DNA of 64,000 bases from Candidatus Poribacteria bacterium (GCA_965198175.1 OZ240245.1:3552001-3616000); one strand, 5' to 3'; positions 1 to 10,946 are shown, numbered from the stretch's first letter. Program-made: numbers and translations. The notes: generated from the sequence alone by a model not told the origin.

Positions 1-492
1 GCGATTGGGTTGGGGCTTACAGCTATCGCCTACGACCCTTACGTCGACGCCCTGTCTATGGAGGAGATGGGGGTGCAGGCAGCTGATTGTGAAACTGTTC
101 TGCGCACCTCTGACTCTGTGGCGCTTCACATGCCCCTGACGAACACCACTCACCACATCATTGATGCAGAGGCACTGTCGCTCATGAAGCCGACAGCGTT
201 CCTGATTAACACTGCAAGGGGTGCCCTCGTTGACGAAGACGCACTGCTAAAAGCGGTTCAAGCTGGTGAAATTGCCGGTGCTGCGCTCGACGCATTGTCG
301 GTTGAACCACCTCCACTTGAACACCCACTGCTTCGTGACGAACGTATTATGATTACGCCGCATATCGGCTGGTATTCCGAAGCCTCGGGTCGAGATATGC
401 GCGCCTGGTCCGCTGAAGAGGTGGTGCGGGTGCTCAGCGGTGAGAGTCCCCGTTATCCGGTTAATCAGATTGACCATGGGGGTGAGCGGTAA
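1..492 (+). CDS. D-isomer-specific 2-hydroxyacid dehydrogenase (CtBP/SerA-like), 5'-truncated by the window edge
   Basis: Frame is open from base 1. Motifs YDPY, SxxxLHMPLT, MKPTAFLINTARGALVDE, AALD and ITPHIGWYS belong to the 2-Hacid_dh_C domain. Confidence 0.9.
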   Translation, partial: AIGLGLTAIAYDPYVDALSMEEMGVQAADCETVLRTSDSVALHMPLTNTTHHIIDAEALSLMKPTAFLINTARGALVDEDALLKAVQAGEIAGAALDALSVEPPPLEHPLLRDERIMITPHIGWYSEASGRDMRAWSAEEVVRVLSGESPRYPVNQIDHGGER

Positions 493-711
493 AAGATCGG
501 CTATAGGTTATTAGGACGAACAAAGCTTTTCAGGAATTCTTATAATCTGTCCAATTCGTTTTGAATTTGCTTCAGTTTTAAAGACTCGAAAAAAACAGAA
601 GTGAGATTGATAGGATGCGGGTCTGAATCTCATGGTCGCAGAAAATTGGGACTTACGACAGACATCCACTCACGCGGCATTATCTTTCCCGTTTAACAGA
701 AGGTTTATATC

Positions 712-1755
712 ATGGCAGAACACATTCATCCACCAGAACATACACACATATCATCCTTTCCCTCGTTGATTTCCGCGTCAGAAGTCGCAGATCAGATGGC
801 GGCTGTCTGTGTGCATTTTTTGGAGTCGCTGACGCCGAATCTGAGACAAATGGCAGAATTTCCGTTCGACGAGGTTGAGCGCCGGCGTTGGCATTACTTC
901 CCACGAGAGAATTTTGAACGCAATGGGTTGTCGCTGAAAGAGATGAATGAAAAGCAACAAACAGCAGCATTCGAGTTGCTCAGATGCGGATTGAGTCAAA
1001 AGGGATATCAAAAGGCGAGGGCGATTATAGATTTAGAAATCACGCTTGGCGACTTGGAGCGGCTAGACGGTACAGCTCGGTTTGCCCGGATACCGAATCT
1101 TTACTATTTTAGCGTGTTCGGCGATCCCACAAACAGAAAGCCCTGGGGTTGGCGAACGGAAGGGCATCATATCTCAGTTAATTTTACCGTCGTGAATCGA
1201 GAGTTAATCGCACCGACGCCTTTCTTCTTCGGATCTAACCCCGCACAGGTGCAGTATGGTCCCAAGGCGGGACTGCGTATCCTGTCGGCGGAGGAAGATT
1301 TTGCGCGTCAACTCTTGGACAGTCTGAATAGCGACCAGAAAAAGAAAACTGTCATCTCGACGACGGCGCCCAGAGACATCATCACGAAGGCAGCGCCGAA
1401 GATCGAGTTTGAGGCTGTTGAAGGGTTAGCAACAGAATCGATGACAACCGCCCAGCGCGACACTTTGATGAATCTCGTTCGAGCGTACATCGATCGACTT
1501 CCCGATTCGCTGGCTACAATTGAGATACAGAAGTTGTGCCACGCCGGTGCGAATGACATTCACTTCGCCTGGGCGGGCAGAGTAGAACGTGGCGAGGCGC
1601 ATTACTATCGGATTCACGGGCCGTCATTTTTTGTGGAGTATGACAATACGCAAAACGACGCGAATCATATCCATTCGGTCTGGCGCCATTTGGATGATGA
1701 CTTCGGATTGGATCTACTCCGTTTGCACTATCAATACGGACACCGTCACGTTTAA
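712..1755 (+). CDS. DUF3500 domain-containing protein
   Basis: Typical motifs RRRWHYFP, YYFSVFGDP, WGWRTEGHHISVNFT, TPFFFGSNP, YYRIHGPSFFVEYDN and NHIHSVWR. Confidence 0.85.
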   Translation: MAEHIHPPEHTHISSFPSLISASEVADQMAAVCVHFLESLTPNLRQMAEFPFDEVERRRWHYFPRENFERNGLSLKEMNEKQQTAAFELLRCGLSQKGYQKARAIIDLEITLGDLERLDGTARFARIPNLYYFSVFGDPTNRKPWGWRTEGHHISVNFTVVNRELIAPTPFFFGSNPAQVQYGPKAGLRILSAEEDFARQLLDSLNSDQKKKTVISTTAPRDIITKAAPKIEFEAVEGLATESMTTAQRDTLMNLVRAYIDRLPDSLATIEIQKLCHAGANDIHFAWAGRVERGEAHYYRIHGPSFFVEYDNTQNDANHIHSVWRHLDDDFGLDLLRLHYQYGHRHV

Positions 1756-1927
1756 GAACCCTTCAGAGGTTCAAGGTCTTTGAAAGGGCTACACCATACC
1801 TGCCGAGTTTGCCTACGTCACGGATACCCACGCGGTGTTAGATTGCATTCATTGAGGAATCGCCGGGTAATTCCGTGACCGATTCTCGTCTCCAGTCTTT
1901 AAAGTCAAAATTTGAATGGAGGTTTTA

Positions 1928-2356
1928 ATGACCACTCTCAAACTGAAACGTCCCATCGTTGACATTGCCATCACTTGCAGCAACTTCGAGGAGTCACTTC
2001 GCTTCTACCACGAGTTGCTGGGCTTGGAGATTGTGATGGAACTCGACATTTCTGCGCCGTTGGCGAAAACAGTCGGGCTTGCGCCGCGTGGATTTCATCA
2101 AGTCCGATTGCAAGCTGGCAACACACTGATTAAACTGATGGACATTGAAATGCCACCCCCAACCCCCGACCACGGTTTTGGTGCCGGCTTGGGCTGGCTT
2201 ACCATACTGGTCGAAGATATAGCGGAAACCGTCGAGAAATTGAAGCGAAAAGGGGTTGAGTTTGTGGCTGATCCTGTCGATGGACCAGATGCTGTGGGCG
2301 TAGCTTGCGCAAAAGCCCCAGATGGCATCATCATTGAGTTTGTGCAACCGAATTAA
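1928..2356 (+). CDS. VOC / glyoxalase-family protein
   Basis: IAITCSNFEESLRFYHELLGL at the N-terminus and APDGIIIEFVQ at the C-terminus. GGAGG RBS precedes ATG 1928. Confidence 0.85.
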   Translation: MTTLKLKRPIVDIAITCSNFEESLRFYHELLGLEIVMELDISAPLAKTVGLAPRGFHQVRLQAGNTLIKLMDIEMPPPTPDHGFGAGLGWLTILVEDIAETVEKLKRKGVEFVADPVDGPDAVGVACAKAPDGIIIEFVQPN

Positions 2357-2777
2357 CGCGAGTCAAGGCATCTGCAAATGCGGGAGTGACAAGAGGAAAT
2401 ATGAACGAAACAGTTGTTCACATCACTGGATATTTTCATTCATAATTGTATTTATTAAAATCGGTGCGGCACATAGAAGTGTGACCTAGCAAATTGCCGT
2501 CAGTAAGCATTTGCTCTACCGTCAACCCGTACGACTTCCTGCCTTTGCACCACGAAACACGGTTTGCCGCTATCGGTTGATTGTGATTGGGGTTTCGCGG
2601 TTAGGAACCCGTAACTGGCATTAGGAGAAGGCAGCGTGCTATTGATACGATAGAACTTTCGCATGACAATGTTTTTGGCGGGAAAACTTGATCGGTAGTT
2701 TGAATGAAGGCTTCGACTTCGACGAAATTAAATCAACCAATATCTATTGTCACCACGCATTAAAGCATGGAGGAATT

Positions 2778-4817
2778 ATGGAAATTCCTTTGCTTCATGA
2801 CATCTGCATCATTTTCGTCTTATCTATTGGCGGTCTGCTTGTCTGCCATAGGCTCCATGTGCCGGCAATCGTGGGCTTTCTCTTGACAGGACTGATTGCC
2901 GGACCTCATGGATTCGCGCTCATTCAGGCCGATGGTGAAGTAGAGATTCTCGCAGAGGTGGGAACAATCTTGCTGTTGTTCACTATCGGGATTGAATTTT
3001 CGTTGGGTACTCTGCTTCAGGTCAGGCGAATCGTACTTATGGGCGGACCGTTGCAGGTAGGATTGACGCTTCTGGCAACGTTTATTATCGCTCGGCATTT
3101 TGGCATGGTTGCCAACGAAGCGATATTCGTCGGATGCCTTTCGGCCGTAAGCAGTACGGTAATTGTGATGAAACTTCTTCAAGAGCGAGATGAAACTCGA
3201 ACACCTCACGGACGTACGGCGCTGGCAATCCTTATATTTCAGGATGTCGCGATTGTTCCCATGATATTGATTACTCCAATTCTTGCTGGGGAAGCGAGTA
3301 ACATGAACCAAGCACTCATTTCGCTGTTGTTAAAGGGCGCGGTAATGATTGTCGTGGTAATTGTGGGTGCAAAATACGTTGTCCCGCTAATGCTTTCACA
3401 GGTGCTTCGGACGGGGAGTCGAGAGGTTTTTTTATTGAGCGTTCTCGCCATCTGCCTTGCCGTCACGTGGGTGACGTCCATTTTCGGTGTCTCTTTGGCA
3501 CTTGGCGCATTTCTCGCAGGACTGATTGTTTCCGAATCGGAGTCCAGCCACGATGCGCTTGGTCATATTTCACCGTTTCGGGATGTGTTCGCTAGCTTCT
3601 TCTTCGTATCAGTAGGAATGCTACTCGATTTTCACGTTCTGATCGAAAAGCCATTTTTGATTGCCGGTCTCGCAATCGGCGTTTTGGTTGCAAAGAGCAT
3701 CATCGCAGGGGTAGTAACCTCTACTCTCGGATATCCATTGCGCACGGCAATCCTTGCGGGGCTCACACTTAGTCAAATGGGGGAATTTGCATTTATCCTG
3801 TCGAATGAAGGTATAAGACACGGTCTACTCAGCGAAGGAAATTATAAACTGTTTCTAGCTGTTTCGGTTTTAACTATGGCGGCAACACCGATTATCGTCT
3901 CGGTATCCGGGCGTGTCGCCGATGGGATATTGCGATTGCGGCTTCCAAAACGACTAGTGTCAGGATTGAGACCAACCCACTCGAAACCAAATCCGGAGCA
4001 AAGTAACCATATCATAGTTATCGGCTTCGGTATCAATGGCCAAAACGTTGCAATGGCGGCCGCGGCGGCAGACCTCCCGTATGTCGTTATTGAGATGAAT
4101 AATGAAATTGTGCAATCTGCACGGACAAATGGTGAGCCCATTTTCTTCGGCGATGCTGTTCACGATGCCGTGCTTCACCATGCAAACATCAAGTCCGCGC
4201 GAGTAGTTGTAATTGCGATTTCGGATGATGCGTCTTCGCGCCGAATCGTAGGAGCTGCCCATGCATTGAATCCCGCAGCACATATTATTGTTAGAACACG
4301 CCATCTTGCTGAAGTAGAGCCGCTCTACCATGTCGGTGCCAACGAAGTGATTCCGGAGGAGTTCGAGACTTCGGTCGAGATTTTCACTCGGGTATTGATG
4401 GAGTACCTCGTCCCGCATGATCAAATTGAACGGTTCATTGCCGAGGTCCGCGCCGATGGTTATAAGATGTTCCGCACTCCATCTAAGGATGTGTTGTCTC
4501 TTCCCAACCGGGACGTACATCTACCCGATTTTGAGATTTCAGTATTGCGCGTTGATAAGAAATCTCCTTTTGTTGAAAAAACCCTTGAGGAAATTACATT
4601 ACGAAATACATACGAAGTGTCGGTGGTTGCAATCCTACGGAACGGACAGGTTTTCCCTAATCCACATGGAGACATGCGGATTGAGATTGATGATGAAGTA
4701 TATCTCCTAGGACTTCCCGAGAAAATCGCGCAGATTGCCGATCTTTTCGATTTCCCCGACAGCCAAAACTCAGTACGCAGCGAGGATTTTTCATTGAATG
4801 AATTACAAAAATCGTAA
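2778..4817 (+). CDS. CPA2-family monovalent cation:proton antiporter (Kef-type) with TrkA-N and TrkA-C domains
   Basis: About 12 hydrophobic segments with LLLFTIGIEFS, ILIFQD, LGAFLAG and LSQMGEF. KTN domain HIIVIGFGING...GDA, then a C-terminal RCK-C domain. GGAGG RBS before ATG 2778. Confidence 0.9.
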   Translation: MEIPLLHDICIIFVLSIGGLLVCHRLHVPAIVGFLLTGLIAGPHGFALIQADGEVEILAEVGTILLLFTIGIEFSLGTLLQVRRIVLMGGPLQVGLTLLATFIIARHFGMVANEAIFVGCLSAVSSTVIVMKLLQERDETRTPHGRTALAILIFQDVAIVPMILITPILAGEASNMNQALISLLLKGAVMIVVVIVGAKYVVPLMLSQVLRTGSREVFLLSVLAICLAVTWVTSIFGVSLALGAFLAGLIVSESESSHDALGHISPFRDVFASFFFVSVGMLLDFHVLIEKPFLIAGLAIGVLVAKSIIAGVVTSTLGYPLRTAILAGLTLSQMGEFAFILSNEGIRHGLLSEGNYKLFLAVSVLTMAATPIIVSVSGRVADGILRLRLPKRLVSGLRPTHSKPNPEQSNHIIVIGFGINGQNVAMAAAAADLPYVVIEMNNEIVQSARTNGEPIFFGDAVHDAVLHHANIKSARVVVIAISDDASSRRIVGAAHALNPAAHIIVRTRHLAEVEPLYHVGANEVIPEEFETSVEIFTRVLMEYLVPHDQIERFIAEVRADGYKMFRTPSKDVLSLPNRDVHLPDFEISVLRVDKKSPFVEKTLEEITLRNTYEVSVVAILRNGQVFPNPHGDMRIEIDDEVYLLGLPEKIAQIADLFDFPDSQNSVRSEDFSLNELQKS

Positions 4818-5015
4818 TAATATGGCGTTGTGCGATATCATTTACTCCGCGCGTGTTGCCTTCCCTTGTCTGCTCGAAAATTCCCAGATCTTGGTCCAAT
4901 TTGAGCAAAAAATTACCTATTGCGAGATTACGAATCGTTACTATCCTGCCCGACAAATTCCTTAGTTCAAATATGTAAATTACTTAACCTCAACGACTAA
5001 ATTAGGAGGAGTTGG

Positions 5016-6329
5016 ATGAAAAGATTATACATCTATGTTTTCGCACTTACTTTAAGCGCTCTGATCCTGTTACCCCCGTTTACATTTGCGCAAAAACCGT
5101 TGACCGTCGTTTGGGCGGAATGGGCGCCCGCGGATTATCTAGATACGTTATCGAAGGATTTTACTGCAGAAACGGGTATTGAGGTTGAAGTGATTCAAAT
5201 CCCTTGGGGAAGTTTCCAGGAAAAGATTTCCGCGGCGTTTGTAGGAAAGAGCGAACTCTATGATATCGTCATTGGTGATAGCCAGTGGCTTGGCAGAAAC
5301 TCTGTAGGAGGGCATTACATTGAGTTGACGGACTGGATGAAGGACAATATTGATATCAGTTCGATTTCCGATACAGCAATGACAGCTTTTGCTGAGTATC
5401 CGAAAAGGAGTAAGAAATATTGGGCGCTCCCTGCGGAGGTGGACATCAACGGTTTTATGTACCGCAAAGATCTCTTTGAGGATGCGAAGGAACAGACGGC
5501 GTTCAAATCTAAATTCGGATACGAGCTAGCGCCTCCCAAAACGTACAAGGAACTGCGCGATATTGCGGAGTTCTTCACTCGAGGTCCAGATCTTTACGGG
5601 ATTGCGGCATACTTCAGTAAAGAATACGACAGCATCACAATGGGGTTCCAGCAGGTAATGTGGTCGTTTGGCGGGTCCTACGGCGACCCACAAACGTACA
5701 AAATTGATGGCTATATTAACAACGAAGATTCAGTGAAGGCGTTGGAATATTACGCGGAACTTATAAAGTTCGCCCCGCCCGATGCACCAAATTACTACTG
5801 GCAGCAGGTCCTAGATGCCTATAAAGCAGGGAAGGTCGCGATGGCTATGGAATATTTTGCCTTCTTCGCAGGTGCGATCGATCCGGCGCATAACCCAAAA
5901 TATTTCGATAAAACTGGTTTCTTTATCGCGCCGAAAGGACCGAAGGGCCACTACATCAGCATCGGTGGTCAAGGCATGTCAATTTCCTCTTACTCCAAGA
6001 ATAAATCGGTTGCCAAACAGTACATGAAATGGTTTATTCAGAAAGATGTACAGGAGAAATGGGCGATGCTGGGTGGATTCACACCGCATATGGAGGTGCT
6101 ACAGTCCGAAACCTTCCTGAATGCAACACCGTTCAATCAGGCTTTTTCAGAAAGCATGCCTTACCTTCAGGATTTTTGGGCAGTGCCCGAGTACGCGGAC
6201 CTTCTGGAAGTTTGCCAAACAAACTGGAACGCGGTAATGGTCGGCGCTAAATCACCAAAGGCAGCTCTCGATAAGATTGCCCGGAAACATGAACAAATCT
6301 TTAAAGAAGCAGGTTACTACGACGACTAA
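5016..6329 (+). CDS. Carbohydrate ABC transporter substrate-binding protein
   Basis: Signal peptide; FTAETGIEVEV, YDIVIGDSQWLG, YRKDLF and GGQGMSISSYS motifs. AGGAG RBS. Confidence 0.9.
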   Translation: MKRLYIYVFALTLSALILLPPFTFAQKPLTVVWAEWAPADYLDTLSKDFTAETGIEVEVIQIPWGSFQEKISAAFVGKSELYDIVIGDSQWLGRNSVGGHYIELTDWMKDNIDISSISDTAMTAFAEYPKRSKKYWALPAEVDINGFMYRKDLFEDAKEQTAFKSKFGYELAPPKTYKELRDIAEFFTRGPDLYGIAAYFSKEYDSITMGFQQVMWSFGGSYGDPQTYKIDGYINNEDSVKALEYYAELIKFAPPDAPNYYWQQVLDAYKAGKVAMAMEYFAFFAGAIDPAHNPKYFDKTGFFIAPKGPKGHYISIGGQGMSISSYSKNKSVAKQYMKWFIQKDVQEKWAMLGGFTPHMEVLQSETFLNATPFNQAFSESMPYLQDFWAVPEYADLLEVCQTNWNAVMVGAKSPKAALDKIARKHEQIFKEAGYYDD

Positions 6330-6362
6330 ATTACAGCTTGCTTGATTTGCACAAAAGAACCT

Positions 6363-7277
6363 ATGCAAAAAATTCGTTTTGCTCGCGGATTAAGTGACTA
6401 TCAGATCAAGATGGCGTTCATCATGCCAACAATGATTTTGCTCATCTTGATGAATATTTTTCCACTGCTGTGGTCGTTATATCTGAGTTTTCATCGTTAT
6501 AAGGCTTCTATTCCCAATCGACTACCGAAGTTCATCGGCGTTCGCAACTACGCGCAATTGCTCTCAGATCCCGATATTTGGGAGTATTTCAGAACGACTG
6601 CCTATTTTGTTGTGCTCGCCGTTGCCGCACAATTTATCATCGGCTTTGGACTTGCGCTGCTGCTCAATCGTGATTTTCAATTTAAGGGATTCGTGACAAC
6701 GCTAATCCTCCTACCCATGATGCTCTCGCCCGTTGTTGTCGGGTTGTTCTGGCGCTTTATTCTGGCTTCTGATTCTTCCGGTCTAGTCAACTATTTTCTA
6801 AGCCCTCTTCTAAACGCTCTAAACCGTGATTCAATTCCCTGGACAACAAATCCAAACATCGCGATGATTGCTGTTGTTATTGTCGATACGTGGATGTGGT
6901 CGCCATTTATGATGCTTATTTCTTTAGCCGGACTCTCGGCTGTGCCAAAATATCTCTATGAAGCGGCAGATGTGGATCGAGCTTCCGGCTGGTTCAAATT
7001 CCGCCGAATTACCTTACCTCTGGTTTCCCCACTCCTACTGATTGCCTTGTTGTTTCGCACAATGGATGCATTTAAAATGTTTGATATTGTTTATGTGCTT
7101 ACGCATGAAGGGGGACCAGGAACAGCGACAGAAACAGTATCAATGAATCTCTACAGGTTGGCGTTTCGGAGCTACAACACAGGAAAAGCGTGTGCCATGG
7201 CATACATTCTTCTGATTGTCATTGTCGCACTTAGCAACATCTACGTCAAATGTCTGAACCGACTGAGGGAGGCATAA
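6363..7277 (+). CDS. Carbohydrate ABC transporter permease (MalF-like)
   Basis: EAA motif LYEAADVDRASGWFKFRRITLP and a 6-TM pattern. Confidence 0.92.
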   Translation: MQKIRFARGLSDYQIKMAFIMPTMILLILMNIFPLLWSLYLSFHRYKASIPNRLPKFIGVRNYAQLLSDPDIWEYFRTTAYFVVLAVAAQFIIGFGLALLLNRDFQFKGFVTTLILLPMMLSPVVVGLFWRFILASDSSGLVNYFLSPLLNALNRDSIPWTTNPNIAMIAVVIVDTWMWSPFMMLISLAGLSAVPKYLYEAADVDRASGWFKFRRITLPLVSPLLLIALLFRTMDAFKMFDIVYVLTHEGGPGTATETVSMNLYRLAFRSYNTGKACAMAYILLIVIVALSNIYVKCLNRLREA

Positions 7278-7278
7278 G

Positions 7279-8496
7279 ATGTCTCGGGTTGCGGAAGGTG
7301 AAATCCTACGAGGTAGAGTCAAGAGAGACAAAATCCGAGTTCACGGGGCAAGGCGCAAGCGTTTGAGGCACTACACAGCATTAGTTCTGATTGCGATAAC
7401 CGCCATAATCTACCTTATCCCGGTTTACTGGATTGTAACAACCTCTTTGAAGACATCGGGCGATATTCATGAGAAAACCCCAAAAATATTTCTGTTCCGA
7501 TGGACGTTAGACCATTATAAGGCGTTGATGCCGCTTGAAATACACAGCATCACCTATGTCTTCATTATAGAGGCATTGGTTGGAATACTGTGTTTCCTCC
7601 TACTTCTCAGGAATACGGCATTCATGTTCCGCTTCGCACACATCTGGAATGGAGTGATAGTTTCGACGTGCATCTACGCTTTTGTAACCACAATCCGTTA
7701 CAGCTTCCTGATGCTAGTAATCTACGCAATCGTCGCCTATCTGTTAATCTCTCCGAAAAAAAGACCAGATCTAAAGCGGATTCGATTGTTCTTCGGTGGC
7801 TATGTAATCCTCGCAGTAATCGCGTCTTGCTTATCACTGGCAGACAGTGGGTCGAAATATTTCCATCAACTGTCGAATAGCATCATCATTGGATTTGCTA
7901 GCACCATTCTTGCCGTTGCGCTAGGAACGTTGTCGGCTTATGCTTTCTCGCGGTTTAAGGTAGCAGGCAAAGAAGATTTGCTCTTCTTTATTCTGAGTAC
8001 TCGTATGCTTCCGCCCGTGGTTGTGGTCATTCCAATTTATTTGATGTACAGCGCGCTGGGATTGCGCGATACTCACTTTGGACTCATCCTGCTTTATACA
8101 ACTTTTAACGTCTCTTTCGCTGTTTGGTTGATGAAAGGCTTCATCGATGAAATACCTAAAGAGTATGAAGATGCCGCACTTGTCGATGGCTATACCCGTT
8201 TCCAGACGTTTCTCAAGGTTGTTCTCCCTCAATCGGTGACAGGTATTGCGGCGACAGCTGTTTTCTGTTTAATCACCGCGTGGAATGAGTTTGTGTTCGC
8301 GCTGGTCTTGACTGAAGTTGGCGGTAAAGCTGTGACGGCACCGCCTTCCATCCCGAGCGAGATTGGCTCTGGTGGCGTAGAGTGGGGTCAGATCGCAGCG
8401 AAGACCTTTGTGTTTCTGTTGCCTGTTGCGATTTTCACCTTCCTGATGCGGTCACATCTTCTCCGCGGTGTTACATTTGGAGCAGTGAAAAAGTAG
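7279..8496 (+). CDS. Carbohydrate ABC transporter permease (MalG-like) with an extra hydrophobic insertion
   Basis: EAA motif EYEDAALVDGYTRFQTFLKVVLP; AWNEF; C-terminal LLRGVTFGAVK. 405 aa. Confidence 0.9.
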   Translation: MSRVAEGEILRGRVKRDKIRVHGARRKRLRHYTALVLIAITAIIYLIPVYWIVTTSLKTSGDIHEKTPKIFLFRWTLDHYKALMPLEIHSITYVFIIEALVGILCFLLLLRNTAFMFRFAHIWNGVIVSTCIYAFVTTIRYSFLMLVIYAIVAYLLISPKKRPDLKRIRLFFGGYVILAVIASCLSLADSGSKYFHQLSNSIIIGFASTILAVALGTLSAYAFSRFKVAGKEDLLFFILSTRMLPPVVVVIPIYLMYSALGLRDTHFGLILLYTTFNVSFAVWLMKGFIDEIPKEYEDAALVDGYTRFQTFLKVVLPQSVTGIAATAVFCLITAWNEFVFALVLTEVGGKAVTAPPSIPSEIGSGGVEWGQIAAKTFVFLLPVAIFTFLMRSHLLRGVTFGAVKK

Positions 8497-8693
8497 ACCA
8501 TGAAACGACCACGAGAAATTGTGAATGGGTGAATCAACCAATGCTGATTCGTATCATGAATTGCCCCTTTATGCAGCAATCCACACGCTCAAGCCGCAAA
8601 CTTTTTTGGTAATCATGGCTTGGGCAGATGCAAAATGGAGTGGAGTAACTTGTCCTACATAACTAACTGTTCCTGATTGAGTACAACTGTCCT

Positions 8694-9809
8694 ATGACTG
8701 CCGTTAAACTTGAAAATCTCACAAAACGATTTGATGAGGTCGTAGCCCTTGACAACATCAATCTAGAGATTAACAACCAGGAATTCTTCGTACTGCTTGG
8801 GCAAACCGGCGCAGGTAAGACGACAACTTTGCGATGTATCGCGGGACTTGATCGCCCCGAAGAAGGCTCAATCTTTTTTGATGGTGAGCGAATCAACGAT
8901 TTCATCCCCGCTGAACGAGATGTCGCCTTTGTGTTTCAATCGCATATCCTCTACCCTCATCTGACGGTCTACCAGAATATGGCATTCCCACTGTATCCAC
9001 GAGACCTGCCAGAAGACGAAATCAATCATCGGGTGAACGAAATTGCCGAAATGTTACATATCAGGCACCTCTTGCAGCGCAAACCGAACCAACTTAGCGG
9101 CGGCGAAACACAGCGGGTTGGGTTAGGTCGAGCAATGGTACGACATCCACGGCTTTTTCTTATGGACGAACCAATCTCTAATCTTGATGCAAAACTTCGT
9201 GCAGAGATGCGGGCGGAGATTAAGTGGCGGCAGCGGCAACTAGAAACGACTACGTTATACGTCACTCACGATCAAATTGAAGCGATGTCGATGGCAGATC
9301 GAGTCGCAGTATTAGATCAGGGCTGCATCCAGCAAGTCGGCACGCCAACGGACATTTATCATTCCCCGGCGAATCTGCTCGTCGCCAGCTTTATTGGCAA
9401 TCCCAGTATAAACCTAATCTCTTGTAACTTTGTTACTGTTGGGGAGAGTACATTCTTGACATTAATTGGCAGACTCCAGATGCAAATCAAAGATATGCGG
9501 ATTACTCACACTTTGATTGAGTCTAAGAGGAGAAGCAATCTGATTTTGGGGGTGCATCCGGAGGATGTCTTAGTAAGTTCCGAACACACTTCTGGTAGCA
9601 TCGCGGCGGAGGTCTATAGCTTTGAACCTCTCGGGGCTGAAACCATTGTGGATATATTTCTTGGAAAAGATGAGGAGAGTAAGGACGTTATTGTAAAAGC
9701 CCGCACAGCCCCTACGCATGAAGTCCGACTCGGACAGCGGGTCTGGATTGGTTTCGTTCCTGAACGGATTCATCTTTTTGACAAAGATACAGGCGAGGCA
9801 ATTTTGTGA
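8694..9809 (+). CDS. Sugar ABC transporter ATP-binding protein (MalK-like, TOBE C-terminus)
   Basis: Walker A GQTGAGKTT, signature LSGGE, Walker B LFLMDEP, and YVTHDQ. Confidence 0.95.
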   Translation: MTAVKLENLTKRFDEVVALDNINLEINNQEFFVLLGQTGAGKTTTLRCIAGLDRPEEGSIFFDGERINDFIPAERDVAFVFQSHILYPHLTVYQNMAFPLYPRDLPEDEINHRVNEIAEMLHIRHLLQRKPNQLSGGETQRVGLGRAMVRHPRLFLMDEPISNLDAKLRAEMRAEIKWRQRQLETTTLYVTHDQIEAMSMADRVAVLDQGCIQQVGTPTDIYHSPANLLVASFIGNPSINLISCNFVTVGESTFLTLIGRLQMQIKDMRITHTLIESKRRSNLILGVHPEDVLVSSEHTSGSIAAEVYSFEPLGAETIVDIFLGKDEESKDVIVKARTAPTHEVRLGQRVWIGFVPERIHLFDKDTGEAIL

Positions 9810-9863
9810 ATCACGTACTATTTTTATCGTGTGCTCAAGTTCGAGAGTATAGGAGCTTAGATT

Positions 9864-10946
9864 GTGAAAACTTATCGTGCCGCTGTTATTGGCTGTAGTC
9901 GAATGGGAGCATTCATTGACAATGAAGTCACGGGCGCCCTTGGAATTAAACTTCCGTATTCACACGCCGCGGGGTTCTATGCAGAAGATCGAATAGACCT
10001 CATCGCTTGTTCAGATCTTCGCGTGGAAGTTATGGAGGTATTCGGGATACGGTACGATGTGCCCAAAGAGCGACAATATATCGATTTTCGAGAGCTAATC
10101 GAAAAGGAACAACCTGACATCGTCAGTGTGGCAACTCAGCCGGAACAACGCGCAGAAATCGTTATCCATGCTGCTGAACACAACATCAAAGCTATCTACG
10201 CTGAAAAGGCAATGGCTGCCTCTATGGACCAAGCGGACGCGATGGTAAAAGCCGTTGAACGCAACGGTGTCTTTTTCAACTTGGGTACAAATCGCCGTTG
10301 GGACGTGGGCTTTGACACAATGAAAGAAATCATCGACAGCGGCGAGTTAGGCTCGCTCAAAACATTGATCGTCTACTCGAATGGAACGCTTTTCAACGTT
10401 GCCAGTCATAACTTTGATCTGCTCCTTCGCCTAAATTCTGATCAGCCGGCGTTGTGGGTATCGGCTCATCTCCCCAACTGCGAAGGGATTATCGAGGGGG
10501 AGATTGTGCGCGAAGATCCTGTGGGTCACGGGATGATTCAATTCCAAAACGATGTGACCGCTTACGCGCTTTTGTCCCCACGTTCAAGCGAATGGGAAGC
10601 AATTTGTGAAAGCGGTAGCCTCATGTGTTTCAACAACGGCTGGCGGTGGAGCATTCGTCGCCAGACCGATATACCCGGCTGGGGAGCCTGTTTTACGCCT
10701 GACCGATTCGCCGAATTTGAAAACACAAGCAGCACGGCGAATCTCATTAAGGATCTGGTTCACGCATTGGACACCGGTGAACCGACGCGCGGCGGTGTTC
10801 AAGTAGCGCATGCAAGCACAGAGTTAATCTTTGCCTTCATGGAATCGCATCTGCAAAATGGCGCACGGGTAGATTTGCCGTTGAAGGGATGCAAGCTGCG
10901 ATTGCTCAGGGAACGCGCACCGAACCAGCCGAAGTTAAATGTGTGA
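9864..10946 (+). CDS. Gfo/Idh/MocA family oxidoreductase
   Basis: AAVIGCSRMG Rossmann start, PDIVSVAT, and EK motif (AEKAMA). Confidence 0.88.
   Translation: MKTYRAAVIGCSRMGAFIDNEVTGALGIKLPYSHAAGFYAEDRIDLIACSDLRVEVMEVFGIRYDVPKERQYIDFRELIEKEQPDIVSVATQPEQRAEIVIHAAEHNIKAIYAEKAMAASMDQADAMVKAVERNGVFFNLGTNRRWDVGFDTMKEIIDSGELGSLKTLIVYSNGTLFNVASHNFDLLLRLNSDQPALWVSAHLPNCEGIIEGEIVREDPVGHGMIQFQNDVTAYALLSPRSSEWEAICESGSLMCFNNGWRWSIRRQTDIPGWGACFTPDRFAEFENTSSTANLIKDLVHALDTGEPTRGGVQVAHASTELIFAFMESHLQNGARVDLPLKGCKLRLLRERAPNQPKLNV

Noticed and set aside
2401..2445. 14-codon ORF with GAGG RBS after the VOC gene
   Set aside because: Too short, with no leader-peptide bias or attenuator; at most a remnant.
8497..8693. 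Possible small gene between the permease and the ATPase
   Set aside because: Only short stop-interrupted frames. It may be a decayed gene, but this cannot be supported.
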